A stretch of DNA of 64,000 nucleotides from Trichoplax adhaerens (lineage: Eukaryota > Animalia > Placozoa), in contig NW_002060970.1 in NCBI RefSeq assembly GCF_000150275.1, positions 270,197 to 334,196 on the forward strand. Reading direction: 5' to 3'. The notes under the pieces are model-generated. The model saw only the letters and a list, made by a program, of their open reading frames with translations, was not told where the DNA came from and made no database searches. The first letter of the stretch is position 1, and each line of letters starts with the position of its first letter. Positions 1-13,800 of the stretch are shown here, one piece after another. Position numbers and translations under genes: made by a program.

Positions 1-1851
1 GTTAATCTCCTGATACGTATCTTCATCACATTAATGCAATGGCAAATCTTACGGCTATAATTTTAGCTAGCTTGTTCATACCATAAATTTGAAGGTCTTC
101 GATAGACTAGATTTCTAAAGAAAATTGTATATCGATGTTGTATGTAACATAATTAATATACTATATACATATATATATATATATACCCGTATAGAATCCT
201 CCATGCCAGTTAAAGCAGTATGAAGTATCAAAAAGTTAAGAAAGTACACGTATGGATCTATACCATGTTATACTACATAACACATATATACAATATACTA
301 TCGCATTAGTTATATTCAAGACTGTAGATGCCGTTTATATTAATATGCTATGGTATTAGTCTACTCGTATAATTATTAGTGATAAGGAACGGCTTGAATT
401 GAAAGCATATCTGGGTATAGCAACCATTTTTTTGTAGAAATTGAAAATTTAGTACAGGAATTGTCTCTGTCAGTAAAGCGACATGAATTGTGCTAATAAT
501 TAATTAATTATAGAATCGACTAAACACGCTCTTTAAGACTATATAATAAATTAAGGAAGCATCTAAATTCCTCTACACACAGTAAAGATATGATGACAAT
601 TACAGGATAGATTTAAGATACTTTAGTAAGCTGTTAATAAATATACAGAAATATCTATTTACTCTACTGTACACATGGGTCCATCTCATAGTATTAGCAT
701 AGTAATTATATTTGTAACAATAGACTAAATGAACATCATAGGAAAGTGCATAGCAAGTACATGGCACAAAAACCTATCCGGCAATTATTACCAGGCGGAC
801 AAAGTACGCTATTAAAATTGTTGCAGGCATAAGCCCTCTAGACATAACTATAAACTATGCTACTTAGATTCTTGCTTGTTATATGTACATCGAACGCATT
901 CGAGCATTATTACAGTACTAGATGGTAGATACGTACCTTGTAATTTATATTTACTTCTGTATGATCTCAGCAATAAGAACTCTACTCGTATTCACGTCAT
1001 CCAAATTTCAGTATTATCGTATGATACTAGCTGGGCACACGAGTATGATGCATGCGTACATCATTTATTTTATCCTCTTGTGTTAAACTGCATATACCTG
1101 GGTAAGCTCTATATGATACTGTACACTAATTTTAAACGAGGTACCGAATGTACCCTTATCGACCTTGATAAACAGTCTAGTTCAAGCTTTACTGGAACAA
1201 TGGTATGTATTCTTGAATTAAACGGCAAAGTATCGATCCTAAATTCTCAATATATTACAGATTGAATTTTCAAATGAGATTACTTAAAGTTAAGTTTCAT
1301 AATTATCAACTACAATAAGTTTCGCTTTGATTTTTGTGTCTTTAATTTTATTCCTGTTAATGAAAGAGTGTACAAACCCTACATAAATATACATTAAATT
1401 ATCTTTACTACCTAGGCAGCAAACATAGGAGCAAACGCTAAACTATGAAGATATAAAATCCGTATCTACCGCAGAAACCGTTCATAAACCAACAAGTACT
1501 TCGTTAAATGAAGCACTATATGCGGCGACTAAGTGAATGCTCTCGAAGACTTAGACTAATTTCGAAAAATTTCGCATTAAAGGTACGTTACGTAAAATTA
1601 TGGTCGTATCATACAAATCATATACAGATAAAATTATAAGTCTATACAAGCAGCGGTTTGCAGAACACTTTTTATCCAGTCTAAATTCGAATTACTATAA
1701 TTTGTGTGAACACTGTACAGTATTTCATAAATAAGCCAAACTCTTCAGTCTATTGATGATCTAGTAGAAGAAACGCAAAAATTAATTCATTACATCGGTC
1801 ATTGAGCGTAAAATAGGTGTGTTGTAAACAAACATTAGGCAAACGTTAACA

Positions 1852-4800
1852 TTACCCTGAAAACTGAAAATTGGGTTGTGAACCAAGATCGTTAACATTA
1901 CCCTGCTGATCCTTATCAACATTTGTACAAACTTTAGATTTATCCGACTGCAAGGAAATGTTTGGCTGAAGTAAAAATGCCTTCGCACCGTCCATATTCC
2001 TATAATTAGCATATATCAAAGATCCAGCCCCTGCAAATAGTGTATGTAAATTTGCTTGTGTCAACGATTGGCAGATTGATGATAAATTGCAATTACCAGT
2101 AGAACGCTCAAATGAAAGTCCTATTGAATTTTCAGATGCTAAAGTACTTTCAATTTTTTTATTAGCGTCTACTCCAGTAATCCCACAATTTGCAATCTTG
2201 ATTCCACGTTCTTCAACAACTACGGCATTTGAGTCATTAGGTAAGCTTGTTGACTTACAGTCAAGCAGTTCAATACAATCTTCAACAACTGATTTGAAAG
2301 TATTCGCTATCTCTGGTGTTTTAAAGCGTGCACATAACTGTTCCGGATTTCCAGTACCTTCAGAATAATCTGCGTGTGTATACCATACCCAACTCTTATT
2401 CGAGCCTAAACTTGGTCCTAAACGCATATCTTTACTAATATAATGATTAGCGCAAACTTTATGAATCTGATCGCGACGCATTATAATTCTAAATCGATTT
2501 TCTTCTACGGTATGCTTAAGAATCTTTATTTCGCCGACGCCCCTTTCTTTCCATTGCTTCGCTGTTTTATCGAATCGAAATAGTTTACATCGTTCTTTAT
2601 ATGTAATTTCTTCGTTTTCTTCTCCTGTAACTATAGTTACATCCTTCGACAAAGTAATAACCGGTTTAAAATCAACATCTGGTGTAAATTCTTCCGGATT
2701 CTCATTACCATCTTCGTTATCGTTATTTGATAGCGCTTTTGCAAAGAGAGGTTTACTAGCATTTGGAAATATAATACTCGATGGCTTATTCTCTGAAGTA
2801 GATATATCACTTGTAGTTTGAGCAGCTAATGACGCAAATGATGTTTTATGACTAGCATCTTGATTGAATTTAAACATATAATTTGTTTCAGGTATTTCTG
2901 ATTTATCGTTATTCGCATTCTTTTCGACGCTATCGGATGATTGAGATGATAATGATGGGATCGATGTTACGTTATTATCGATTTTTTGATTAAATTTGAA
3001 TAAAGATTTCGATTCAATTTTTTCAGGGTTTTGATCTCCAGTTGTTTTAATAGAATTTGAGATACTATCTTTATTAACGGTTTTTATAGAATTATGACTG
3101 ATAGTTGTATTTTCCGGTAAAAAGAAAGTTTTCGGTAATTTTAAGTGTGTTGCTAAATTTACTTGCTTAGTATCTGGTAATATTTCTTTGGTTACGATTA
3201 ACGCTTTGTCTGTCCCAAGTTTAATGTTAATGTTAGTAGATGATGGTTCCGCTATTTTTTCTGGACTTTCTGTAATTGCTTTAGCGTCGTTAGTTGTTAA
3301 ATCGTCCTCAGATTTGTTATTTTTTTGATCGCTGTCTGAATTATCTATAGTAATTTCTGTATTGGGTATTTCTGTATCAAGTGTTTCGACACACTCTTCA
3401 AATACGGATTTGAAAGTATTCGCTATCTCTGGTGTTTTAAAGCGTGCACATAACTGTTCCGGATTTCCAGTACCTTCAGAATAATCTGCGTGTGTATACC
3501 ATACCCAACTCTTATTCGAGCCTAAACTTGGTCCTAAACGCATATCTTTACTAATATAATGATTAGCGCAAACTTTATGAATCTGATCGCGACGCATTAT
3601 AATTCTAAATCGATTTTCTTCTACGGTATGCTTAAGAATCTTTATTTCGCCGACGCCCCTTTCTTTCCATTGCTTCGCTGTTTTATCGAATCGAAATAGT
3701 TTACATCGTTCTTTATATGTAATTTCTTCGTTTTCTTCTCCTGTAACTATAGTTACATCCTTCGACAAAGTAATAACCGGTTTAAAATCAACATCTGGTG
3801 TAAATTCTTCCGGATTCTCATTACCATCTTCGTTATCGTTATTTGATAGTGCTTTTGCAAAGAGGGGTTTACTAGCATTTGGAAATATAAAATTCGATGA
3901 CTTATTCTCCAAAGCAGATTCATCACTCGTAGTTTGAGCAGCCAGTGATGCAAATGATGTTTTATGACTAGCGTCTTGATTGAATTTAAATACGTAATTT
4001 GTATCAGTTTTGTCGCTAGATTCTTGTTCGGTGAGTACCGGACGACAAATTCATTAACGATGCAGAGGAGGCTGTAATAGTTTCTTCTTTATTTGAAATA
4101 AATGCAAATGGCATTTTAAGTTCTTTCTTAGCTTCATCAACAACTTTATGAGAATTTGAGCCATCAACTGTATCGGTGGTACATCCTTCAACATATTCTA
4201 AGTTACATTCTGCTAAAAAGAAGTTTCGTGGTAGCTTCAGACGAGTAGCCATTTGGATTTTATTTTTATCAGGTACTAATTCCTTAATAAAGATCAGTTG
4301 TGAATCGAATTTTTCTTCGATTTTTGGTGACTGAATAGGAATATTTCTTCCAGTTTCTGTAGAATTTACATCCTTAAAGCTAGGTAGATCTGCAACATCC
4401 GTCGCATTGCTGGCTATCTTATTATCAGCTTTCTCGAATTTAAATACGCCTAAAGACGCGTCCACTTTGTTGGCGTTAGCAACACCAATAGCATCAAAAC
4501 TAAAGTTGTTTACAGATTTCGCGGCCGCATCTCGAAGGTTTGAATTTTGAATTTCAGAATTACTACATAAATTTGTATTACCGCCACTCTCAGAAGCGAT
4601 CGCATCATTAGTATCTCTACTTTTCAACTTTACATCATTGCTGCTATCAGTACTTTTGGTACCAACATCGGCAGAGTCGGATGAATATGAATTACCTTTC
4701 GCCATATTTTCACTTTTACTATCCGGTTCTTGAATATCACAACCAATACTTTCCAGACAATTTTCGAATGCTGATTTGAATGTATTCGCTATCTCTGGTG

Positions 4801-7800
4801 TTTTAAAGCGTGCACATAACTGTTCCGGATTTCCAGTACCTTCAGAATAATCTGCGGGTGTATACCATACCCAACTCTTATTCGAGCCTAAACTTGGTTT
4901 TAAACGCATATCTTTACTAATATAATGATTAGCGCAAACTTTATGAATCTGATCGCGACGCATTATAATTCTAAATCGATTTTCTTCTACGGTATGCTTA
5001 AGAATCTTTATTTCGCCGACGCCCCTTTCTTTCCATTGCTTCGCTGTTTTATCGAATCGAAATAGTTTACATCGTTCTTTATATGTAATTTCTTCGTTTT
5101 CTTCTCCTGTAACTATAGTTACATCCTTCGACAAAGTAATAACCGGTTTAAAATCAACATCTGGTGTAAATTCTTCCGGATTCTCATTACCATCTTCGTT
5201 ATCGTTATTTGATAGCGCTTTTGCAAAGAGAGGTTTACTAGCATTTGGAAATATAATACTCGATGGCTTATTCTCTGAAGTAGATATATCACTTGTAGTT
5301 TGAGCAGCTAATGACGCAAATGATGTTTTATGACTAGCATCTTGATTGAATTTAAACATATAATTTGTTTCAGGTATTTCTGATTTATCGTTATTCGCAT
5401 TCTTTTCGACGCTATCGGATGATTGAGATGATAATGATGGGATCGATGTTACGTTATTATCGATTTTTTGATTAAATTTGAATAAAGATTTCGATTCAAT
5501 TTTTTCAGGGTTTTGATCTCCAGTTGTTTTAATAGAATTTGAGATACTATCTTTATTAACGGTTTTTATAGAATTATGACTGATAGTTGTATTTTCCGGT
5601 AAAAAGAAAGTTTTCGGTAATTTTAAGTGTGTTGCTAAATTTACTTGCTTAGTATCTGGTAATATTTCTTTGGTTACGATTAACGCTTTGTCTGTCCCAA
5701 GTTTAATGTTAATGTTAGTAGACGATGGTTCCGCTATTTTTTCTGGACTTTCTGTAATTGCTTTAGCGTCGTTAGTCGTTAAATCGTCCTCAGATTTGTT
5801 ATTTTTTTGATCGCTGTCTGAATTATCTATAGTAATTTCTGTATTGGATATTTCTGTATCAAGTGTTTCGACACACTCTTCAAATACGGATTTGAAAGTA
5901 TTCGCTATCTCTGGTGTTTTAAAGCGTGCACATAACTGTTCCGGATTTCCAGTACCTTCAGAATAATCTGCGGGTGTATACCATACCCAACTCTTATTCG
6001 AGCCTAAACTTGGTCCTAAACGCATATCTTTACTAATATAATGATTAGCGCAAACTTTATGAATCTGATCGCGACGCATTATAATTCTAAATCGATTTTC
6101 TTCTACGGTATGCTTAAGAATCTTTATTTCGCCGACGCCCCTTTCTTTCCATTGCTTCGCTGTTTTATCGAATCGAAATAATTTACATCTATCACCATAA
6201 ATCGCCTCTTCATCTTCTTCACCAGTAATAATATTAGCTACTTCCGGTAAAGTTACTACTGGTTTAAAATTAGTATCTGGCGTAAAGTCTTCAGGACTTT
6301 GCTCGTTACCTTCATCTTTATCAGTGGCAGATGAACTACGATCTTTATCTTTGCTGCCTCCCATTCTATCATGATCGCTCATAAATTTAAAGGAAAATTG
6401 TTGGGGCTGACTTTCAGGAACATTAGGTTTTAAAGGCATGGTAAAAGAAAATAACTGGCCAAAGCTATCTTTCTTTTCATTACTTTCATCTGTTGTTGAC
6501 TCAAAAGTCATCGGTCTACTTTGTAAGCCGCTACTAAAGGTTGGGAAAGCTTCAATAGGCTGCTGCCTAAGCGAATTATTTTGGGGTGAAAGGTTGACTT
6601 GCGATGATACAAAGCTTTGCGGATTAGTAGAATCATTGGCTTTTGACCAAGGCTGAAATAAATTATAGTTTTCTTTCCATGTCCCTCTAATGTCATCAGC
6701 GTTACCATCCGAGGATGCTTCTGTACGTCCTGTGAATTGTGTAGGCGTTGATGTTTCTGTACGTCCAGTAAATTGTGTAGCCATTGATGTTTCTGTATGT
6801 CCTGTAAACTGTGTAGCCGTGGATATTTCTGTATGTCCTGTGAACTGTGTAGCGATATTCGGCCCAGTTGCAGCATCGTTTTCACTGCCTACTATGGTAG
6901 GGTCCCACGATAGTGGTGGTAAATTCTGGTTGGCAACATCAATGGTAGAATCCGATCTTTCGTTTCTATTGTAAACGCTTGCACTTACGATATCGCTGAT
7001 ACTAGACAGGTGGTCATTACCACTAGTTTTTGCAGCAACGCTAGAAGCAAAAGTTGGCAGTTTAGGAACGTCTATCGAATTACCGCTTTGTAATTCCTTA
7101 GAATCTCCAAAGTTTGATATCACGACGTTAGGATTCGAAGTATATGACATACGGAGTGGTGGAATATTTCGATCTTGTAAATATTCAGAATCTACCTTTG
7201 TTGCAATATCTGATGGCGATGAAGTAGAATTTACATTAGTTGGCAAATCCGAGCTCCATTTATTATTGTCTGAATCGAATTGCAATCCCGAAGTAGTATT
7301 AACCAAAGACGAATAATCGTGAGTTTGCCCTCTTGTAGTAACTGGCTTATTACTACGAATATCATCGACTACTTGGCCTTTGGGGAAAGTATCTGGTAAA
7401 AATCCGAACTTTGATTTCTGAGACAAATTTAGATCAGCAAGGACGTTTTGGGCGTTAAAGGAGCCAACAGTACGATGATCTTGCCCCTTACCAAATGGAA
7501 CTCCATTAGAGTCCATAATATTTTTCATATATTCCAGTTCAGACTATAAAAAGTATTACAATTACAAGCAATTATTTTAAGCCTCTATCGGAGTACTTGA
7601 TAAATTAAATTCAGCTCTAACTGTTGCAGCAGTAATTTTCCAAATACATATTAAAATTTAAAATTTATACCTCTAGCTTAGAAACTTTATCTTTATATTG
7701 CTCAATTTTTTGATCACGATGAAGGATCTCTTTCATAAGTTCCACTTTAAAATCTTTCGCAGTTTCGCTTTCCGAATCGTATGCAGATGTGAAGGAGAAC

Positions 7801-10800
7801 TAAAATATTTATTTTAAATACCATTTCTTAAAGCAGGAAACTTGATAATGAAAATATATCATTACAGTTTTACATTATATACTATATTCTAAGCACAAAA
7901 TACTAACTTCTTCATGGAAACTTAGTCCTCTAGGGTCATTTTCAGCCTCTATAATTTTACCTACATCGCGAAGAGCAAATTCACTGCTTTCATAATTCAA
8001 CTCTCAACATACATGATGGCAAAATATTACCTTCATCATAACTTTTGTAAAGACTTAACATGTTATTGAGCTCTTTCTCCACCATCGTAAGATCTTCATT
8101 CGTCGACTCCTAGCAAATTACGCGTCACGTTAGAGGATAGTATCGTAGATGATACACAGATATTATAATTAATATAATCAATATGTACTCAGTATCTATT
8201 CCTACCTCTGTTACCTTCGATTTTTCTAGATAATTGTCTAGACATTGCTTTGCTTTTTCAAGAAGTGACAACTTGCTATCCCCATTATTTGAAGTTTGAT
8301 TGAAGAACATATAGATGTACATCTAAATAAGGCATGAATGGAGCAAAATATTAATTATTTAATTTAACGATGAGAAAATCCACGATTTTTGTTAATAAAT
8401 TGAAAAGCAACATAAATATTACTTGAAACTGATTCCATAAAGCTTCTGGTACGTCAAGCGACTCGTAATGGTTTAAAGCTTCTTCTACATGGCCACGCTG
8501 CACATTCAGCTCGGCTATTATCATTCTGCATTCGTAAATGGAAATATCTAGGGTAGAATCCTATCAAAATATAAGCAATATATTAAATACACATGTAAGA
8601 TTACTATTACAGTATCACATAAGCTGCATGTAAAAGCGTATAGATATAGATAAGAAGACCTATTTATCAAGCAAATTGATCTAGAGTGACTCATACCGAT
8701 AATATCTGGAATAGGTTATCTTCAAGAATTGATGGCTTACTATATGATGATATATATAATTTTAATTCCTAAAATAAATACGGGCAAAGTACGATACCAT
8801 ATTAGGTCAATGCACTTACTTGTATTGCTGATCGCAAGTGAGTTCTTTTAAGATAATTTCCCAATAAGTACAGCATCTTGAATGATAATTCTGTAAGAAA
8901 ACAGAATAGGCCTAATCTAAATTGGACTCTCCATTATATTAGTATCACGATAAGTAACTATCTAATTACATTAAAATCTTGATTTATACTTGACAACGTT
9001 GGATGACTGCTTTTCATATCGTTAATCCAATCTTTTAACTAGCGAGTACAGTATGAAAGTTTAGTCATGGTGATATAGGAGCTCCCATTTATACGTAAAA
9101 ATTTCGTTTTACAAACCCGTCTCCACGAAGCTCTAGCAAGTGGAACAATTAGCTCTAAATGAGGCGAGGAACCATTTTGAAGCCTAATTATTCTCAATCC
9201 CTCTTCGACAGCTTTCCAGTTAATATTGCGCCTTTTAAGCAATAAGTAGAACATTATAACAGGTCTGGTAGAGAATAATATCCAAGCAAAAACTATTACT
9301 TCAGTAATTCTCACAGAGACAATTTCCTATTTTAGGGAAATGCTATCTGTATATACCTATCTTTTCCGTCATATAGTAACAATATTTCATTCCACCAAAT
9401 GTTTTGAGTAGAAGAAATAGTTACGATGCGAGATGAAGTTTCTTCCAATGATAACTTTGAATAACTTTTACTATATGCTAATAGGAACAGGAAAATCTAA
9501 ACAATTGAGAAAATGGTACTGATTATGCATCATTTTCAGTTAACAATATAAAATAGTAGAAAGCAAACTTCGAAACACAAGCAACTTACCTGGATATCTT
9601 CTTGACTGATAATCCTCAGTTTGTGATACTGCGCTGGATGGATAGTAACCGCCAGTCTGCTAAATAAGGTGCAAGTAAAGACGGATACTGAAAGGCAAAT
9701 AAATTAAAATAATTAAACCATCTTCATTTATCTTCATCACAATTGACAGATCTTACTGCTTTCTGAAGCTATATACCTGCATTCAGTAAATCTAATTCTG
9801 AGCAATGTGACAAAACCCAAGCGATTTTTTCTAAAGATCGCTCATTATACAAAGAATCTTAAAAAATAACGTAAATATTAAAGGATTACAAAGCTTTTTG
9901 AGATTAATGCAATGACCACAATCATTAACAATATCAATGCAGATGTATACTATGAACAGCTAAATACCGGAATAATTATCTATGCCGACGGCAAACAGTG
10001 AAATTTTGGTGTCAATTTTGGAAAAATCAGCATCTTTTAGAAAGAAGGACTAAATTGGTAGGAGAGTGTCATTAATAGATCTTAATAATTCGTAAATTCA
10101 AGAATAATTGCACAGTACTAACCGCCTTTCGGTTTACACGTGAACCAAATAATGTTTTCACAATGAAATATACTCCCTTGTAAAATATAGAGGACATATC
10201 TATTAATCAAAATAAGCCTATAATAATCGAAATATCGTTACTGTATTTACCTCATTTGTTGCAAAATCACGATAGTAATAGTCTAGTTCTTCCTTTGTTT
10301 GAAGTTGATTAAAAGCACTTAAAATAAGGCCTTATCAAGGAGTAGCAATGCAATAAATTTAAATATTAGTCATCACATATAAAATGGTATCAATCTTGCT
10401 AATAAGATTTCTACATACGTAGATTACAGATGCGATGGCGTTCAATGTTCGCCCAAGGAATATCAGTTGTAGAGGGACATCTTATAGTTGCTGTTTGTAA
10501 GAAACTTGTCAAAAAACAGGTATAGGCCGCCTTTTCAGCTTGCGGAAGCGCAAGTCCTCCCTAATGCCAAAATATAAAATTCGTATGACCCAAAATGAAG
10601 ACAAAAGTTAACTTGAAGGTGATGTAAAAAGACGTACCGAAGTAGCTTTATATATGAGGAGTTCCGCGCATCGCCAGTAGTATTGTCCACGAAGTTCATT
10701 AAAACCAAGATTCCAAGTATTGGCATAACTACCATTAGTTCTTGACTTGTACCAATCCGCTTCAAACAATAAGGAATCGAATCTGAAATGAAAATGATCA

Positions 10801-13800
10801 TTGAAGTGATGAGAGCAATATTACGTATAGCTAAGTATAGTATATGCACACTGTCAATATAAAGTACATATGATATTTAATCAAAATAGGAACAATTCTA
10901 TTCATTCTAATACCCTTCTACTTCTAATTCTCTAACCTTAGCAATACAGAAGCAACCTCTTTCCAATTTGATTTATGCCTTATCATAGATTGTAATAAAT
11001 TATTTATAGATAACATCATCCAGAATAAAGCATCCATGTAAGATTTTGAATCTTCTCCCTCAGCTAGCAAATGAAAATTGAATTAAGAAAATAGGCTCAT
11101 CATCTCATAAGCTTATAAATTGGACAAAAAGTATCTAGAATAGTAACACTATCACTGAATTATCGCGAACCATCTCTGCTGTGAAAATTTATTTACCTGG
11201 TTTGCCTAAGCTTTCCAGGTAATCCTACAATAGAAATTATGAGTTACTGAAGGTCAATGCAAAGTATTTCTATAAAACAATTATTATCAAGCATGCAAAT
11301 TATAATAAATTATACGGTCAAGAACGAATGTTGCATCTTATACCTTTAACACACTAGTAACCACCCATTGCCACTCTAACATTTTCGTTACAGTCCAAGA
11401 CACTTTTGTAGGATTAGTCACATAATCATAAGCTTCCCGAAGGCGGCCTATCAACATAGAAAAAGCACACATGTTGAAGAATGAATGAGCCAGGGGAACA
11501 AGTTAAAAATTACTTGAATTTTAAGAATTGTATCAGTTTTAAATACCTGTAACAACATAGTGTCGCATTAACTTAATGTGAAAACCGGCTTCATCGTCTG
11601 ATGTGCTCTATTGAAATGTCAAAATGGAACATTTCCGTTATCAATCCATATCGTTATTAGAATTTATTTAAAGTTAATACCAATGGCTAACATAAAATCA
11701 TTTATATCCATAAAAAAATCTGATTTCATTACCGCTGCTGTAATCAAAAATTTTTCTATATTTTCGGGATGTGTTTCCTTTATAGTCAATAATCTTTCCT
11801 AAAAGTAAAAATATGATCACACTTTATTTTAGTTTTTAATCTATAACCTATGGCGGCGTCATCTTCCCATTGGCTGACCTTTAATTTTAGAACCAACGGA
11901 TGGTTTCGGCACCCCGAGGAGATTTTGTCAATCCAGTACTGGAGTAATTTTACTCAAAGTTAAAATCATTATCGGAATGTCAATCGTATATTATAATTTT
12001 ACCTCTAAGTCATCCGCATCTGCCTTGTTAATTAATAACAATTGTCCAACTACAATATTAATAGACAATTAATTACGCATCATCAAAATTTCTTTCTTTA
12101 CATGGAGGAGATATAATTTATTTTGAAATAGTATCAGTACCATAACACTTTAAAGAGAAATTAATCACTTACTGCTTAAGAGAGTCTCCTTATCTTTCGG
12201 ATTTATCCGATGAGCTCTACAATTATAAAATATGTTAAAAGTATGCATATGAGTCATTGCCTTTGATCACATTATAACACGTTTAAAGTTCGGAATGCCT
12301 ATGATTGAGGACGACTATCTATATACTTGGTAGCTTCAAATTGCAAACATACTGACTTGCTTTCAGCTTCGGAAACAATAATCAGAATAACGGAATCGCA
12401 ACGACAGTATCACTCACCTAACATAACTATTCCACGCTTTATCTTTCATATCACGATGTTCTTGCAGTTTGCCCATAAATCGATGAGCGCTGTAAGCAGA
12501 TATACATTGTTTTACAATCCATTTTCAGTCGATAAAAATTTATAGTATTACGTTGGTTTTAATACTACTCATACGTCAATTTTGCAGACAATGCTAGCCG
12601 AACGCGCTCAATTAAGTAAGTTGATGACCCTTATTGACTAATAGCTACTCTGCTTTTATGGTCCATCTTGAAATAGTTGTACAAAATACATGGTTGAGCA
12701 CTTTACTAATTTATCAACCGGAACCATCAACAAATTACAAGAGTTCCAAAAAGTGGACATAAAGTGTATTTCCAATATACATGACGTACCGATAGTCTTC
12801 TTCATTTGACAGTATATAGCTTGATAAGTGTCTAAAAGATGGAAAAGCAAAACACAATTATTGATTTAGAATTCTTGAGCAAAAGTGACCTAACCGCAAG
12901 TATTGATTACAATCTCGATATCCAAAGAACATTAAAAGACAATCGTAAGTATTTACTAGTCAATTTATCTTTGTTTCTTAACAATCTCTACAAAGGGCCA
13001 AGCAAAGATTAAAGCAAACTACTGTAGTTGTAACATTTATAACTATCTTGAAAGGGCATCAGTATTAGTTCTTTATAAGGGCATGTTGATTTTTAGATTG
13101 TCGATGTAGCAATCCTGTATCATTGCATTTAGTGTTGCACTAAGGATCCGATTCTTTTAAGTTATGATGGTTGTTCTACTGTACTGTCAACATTACATAA
13201 CACTTAACTATTGCTATCTAAAGAATATCAGCAGTTATATGAGGTAGCATTTTATTACAACAGTGATTAAAATCTTCATTGATGGTTGTTTATCTTAAGA
13301 CTTTAGTGATAGTAGCTTCGTAAAGAATACCTTGTACAGATACATTGTAAAACGTTGTGTCCTGATATTCAATACCCACTTATAGTAAACACTTATAATA
13401 TTATAACCATTGGTGGTATTTGACTTGCAGTTTTAAGGTGCAGTCGTTTAATTGAAATTATACGCATCCTTGTCTCGTATTTTATCAATACGCTACTGCT
13501 GTGGTAAGTCTTATATTATCGATGTCTGAAATGATCGTTTTGAGATTGCCTGCTACGCTATTGTGATGTAGAACCCTTCAAGCATCTACAACTAGACATG
13601 TACTCTTTCTAACAAAGTTGGTATACTGTTCGAAAATGGTCGCCTATTCAACATACTTTATTGCTCGAGAAGTATCGCCAACTTGATGACAGAGACGAGC
13701 AGCTGCAAGTCCATTCCGAGGCCTCTGTAATACAGACAATAACGGCATAATTCAATTATCATCATGACTTCAGAGAATCATCGAGTAGAAAGGATTAGTA

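Larger units (their letters stand above)
3121..5683 (-). other. Three RanBP2 IR-like (SUMO E3 internal repeat) motifs at ~5603-5683, ~4216-4297 and ~3121-3201
   Basis: LIVTKEILPDTKQVNLATHLKLPKTFF occurs twice and LIFIKELVPDKNKIQMATRLKLPRNFF once. Both resemble vertebrate IR1 ([27 protein letters not shown]). Confidence 0.8.
2291..6188. repeat. Intragenic near-identical duplication: ~2291-3706 vs ~4773-6188 (offset 2482), each block holding two RanBD cores 1116 bp apart
   Basis: Direct nucleotide comparison shows only scattered substitutions between the blocks. Confidence 0.93.

Noticed and set aside
876-1265. 129-aa ORF on the + strand
   Set aside because: TTG start, no recognisable motifs, and located in the AT-rich 3' flank of RANBP2.
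1782-2012. Alternative RANBP2 C-terminus in another frame containing a repeated QGNVN motif
   Set aside because: Explained by a short local duplication (cagggtaatgttaacg on the minus strand); no evidence for a further frameshift.
2087-6974. Antisense and alternate-frame ORFs (2087-2368, 3753-3953, 6438-6656, 6508-6885, 6690-6974)
   Set aside because: Shadows of the RANBP2 coding exon.
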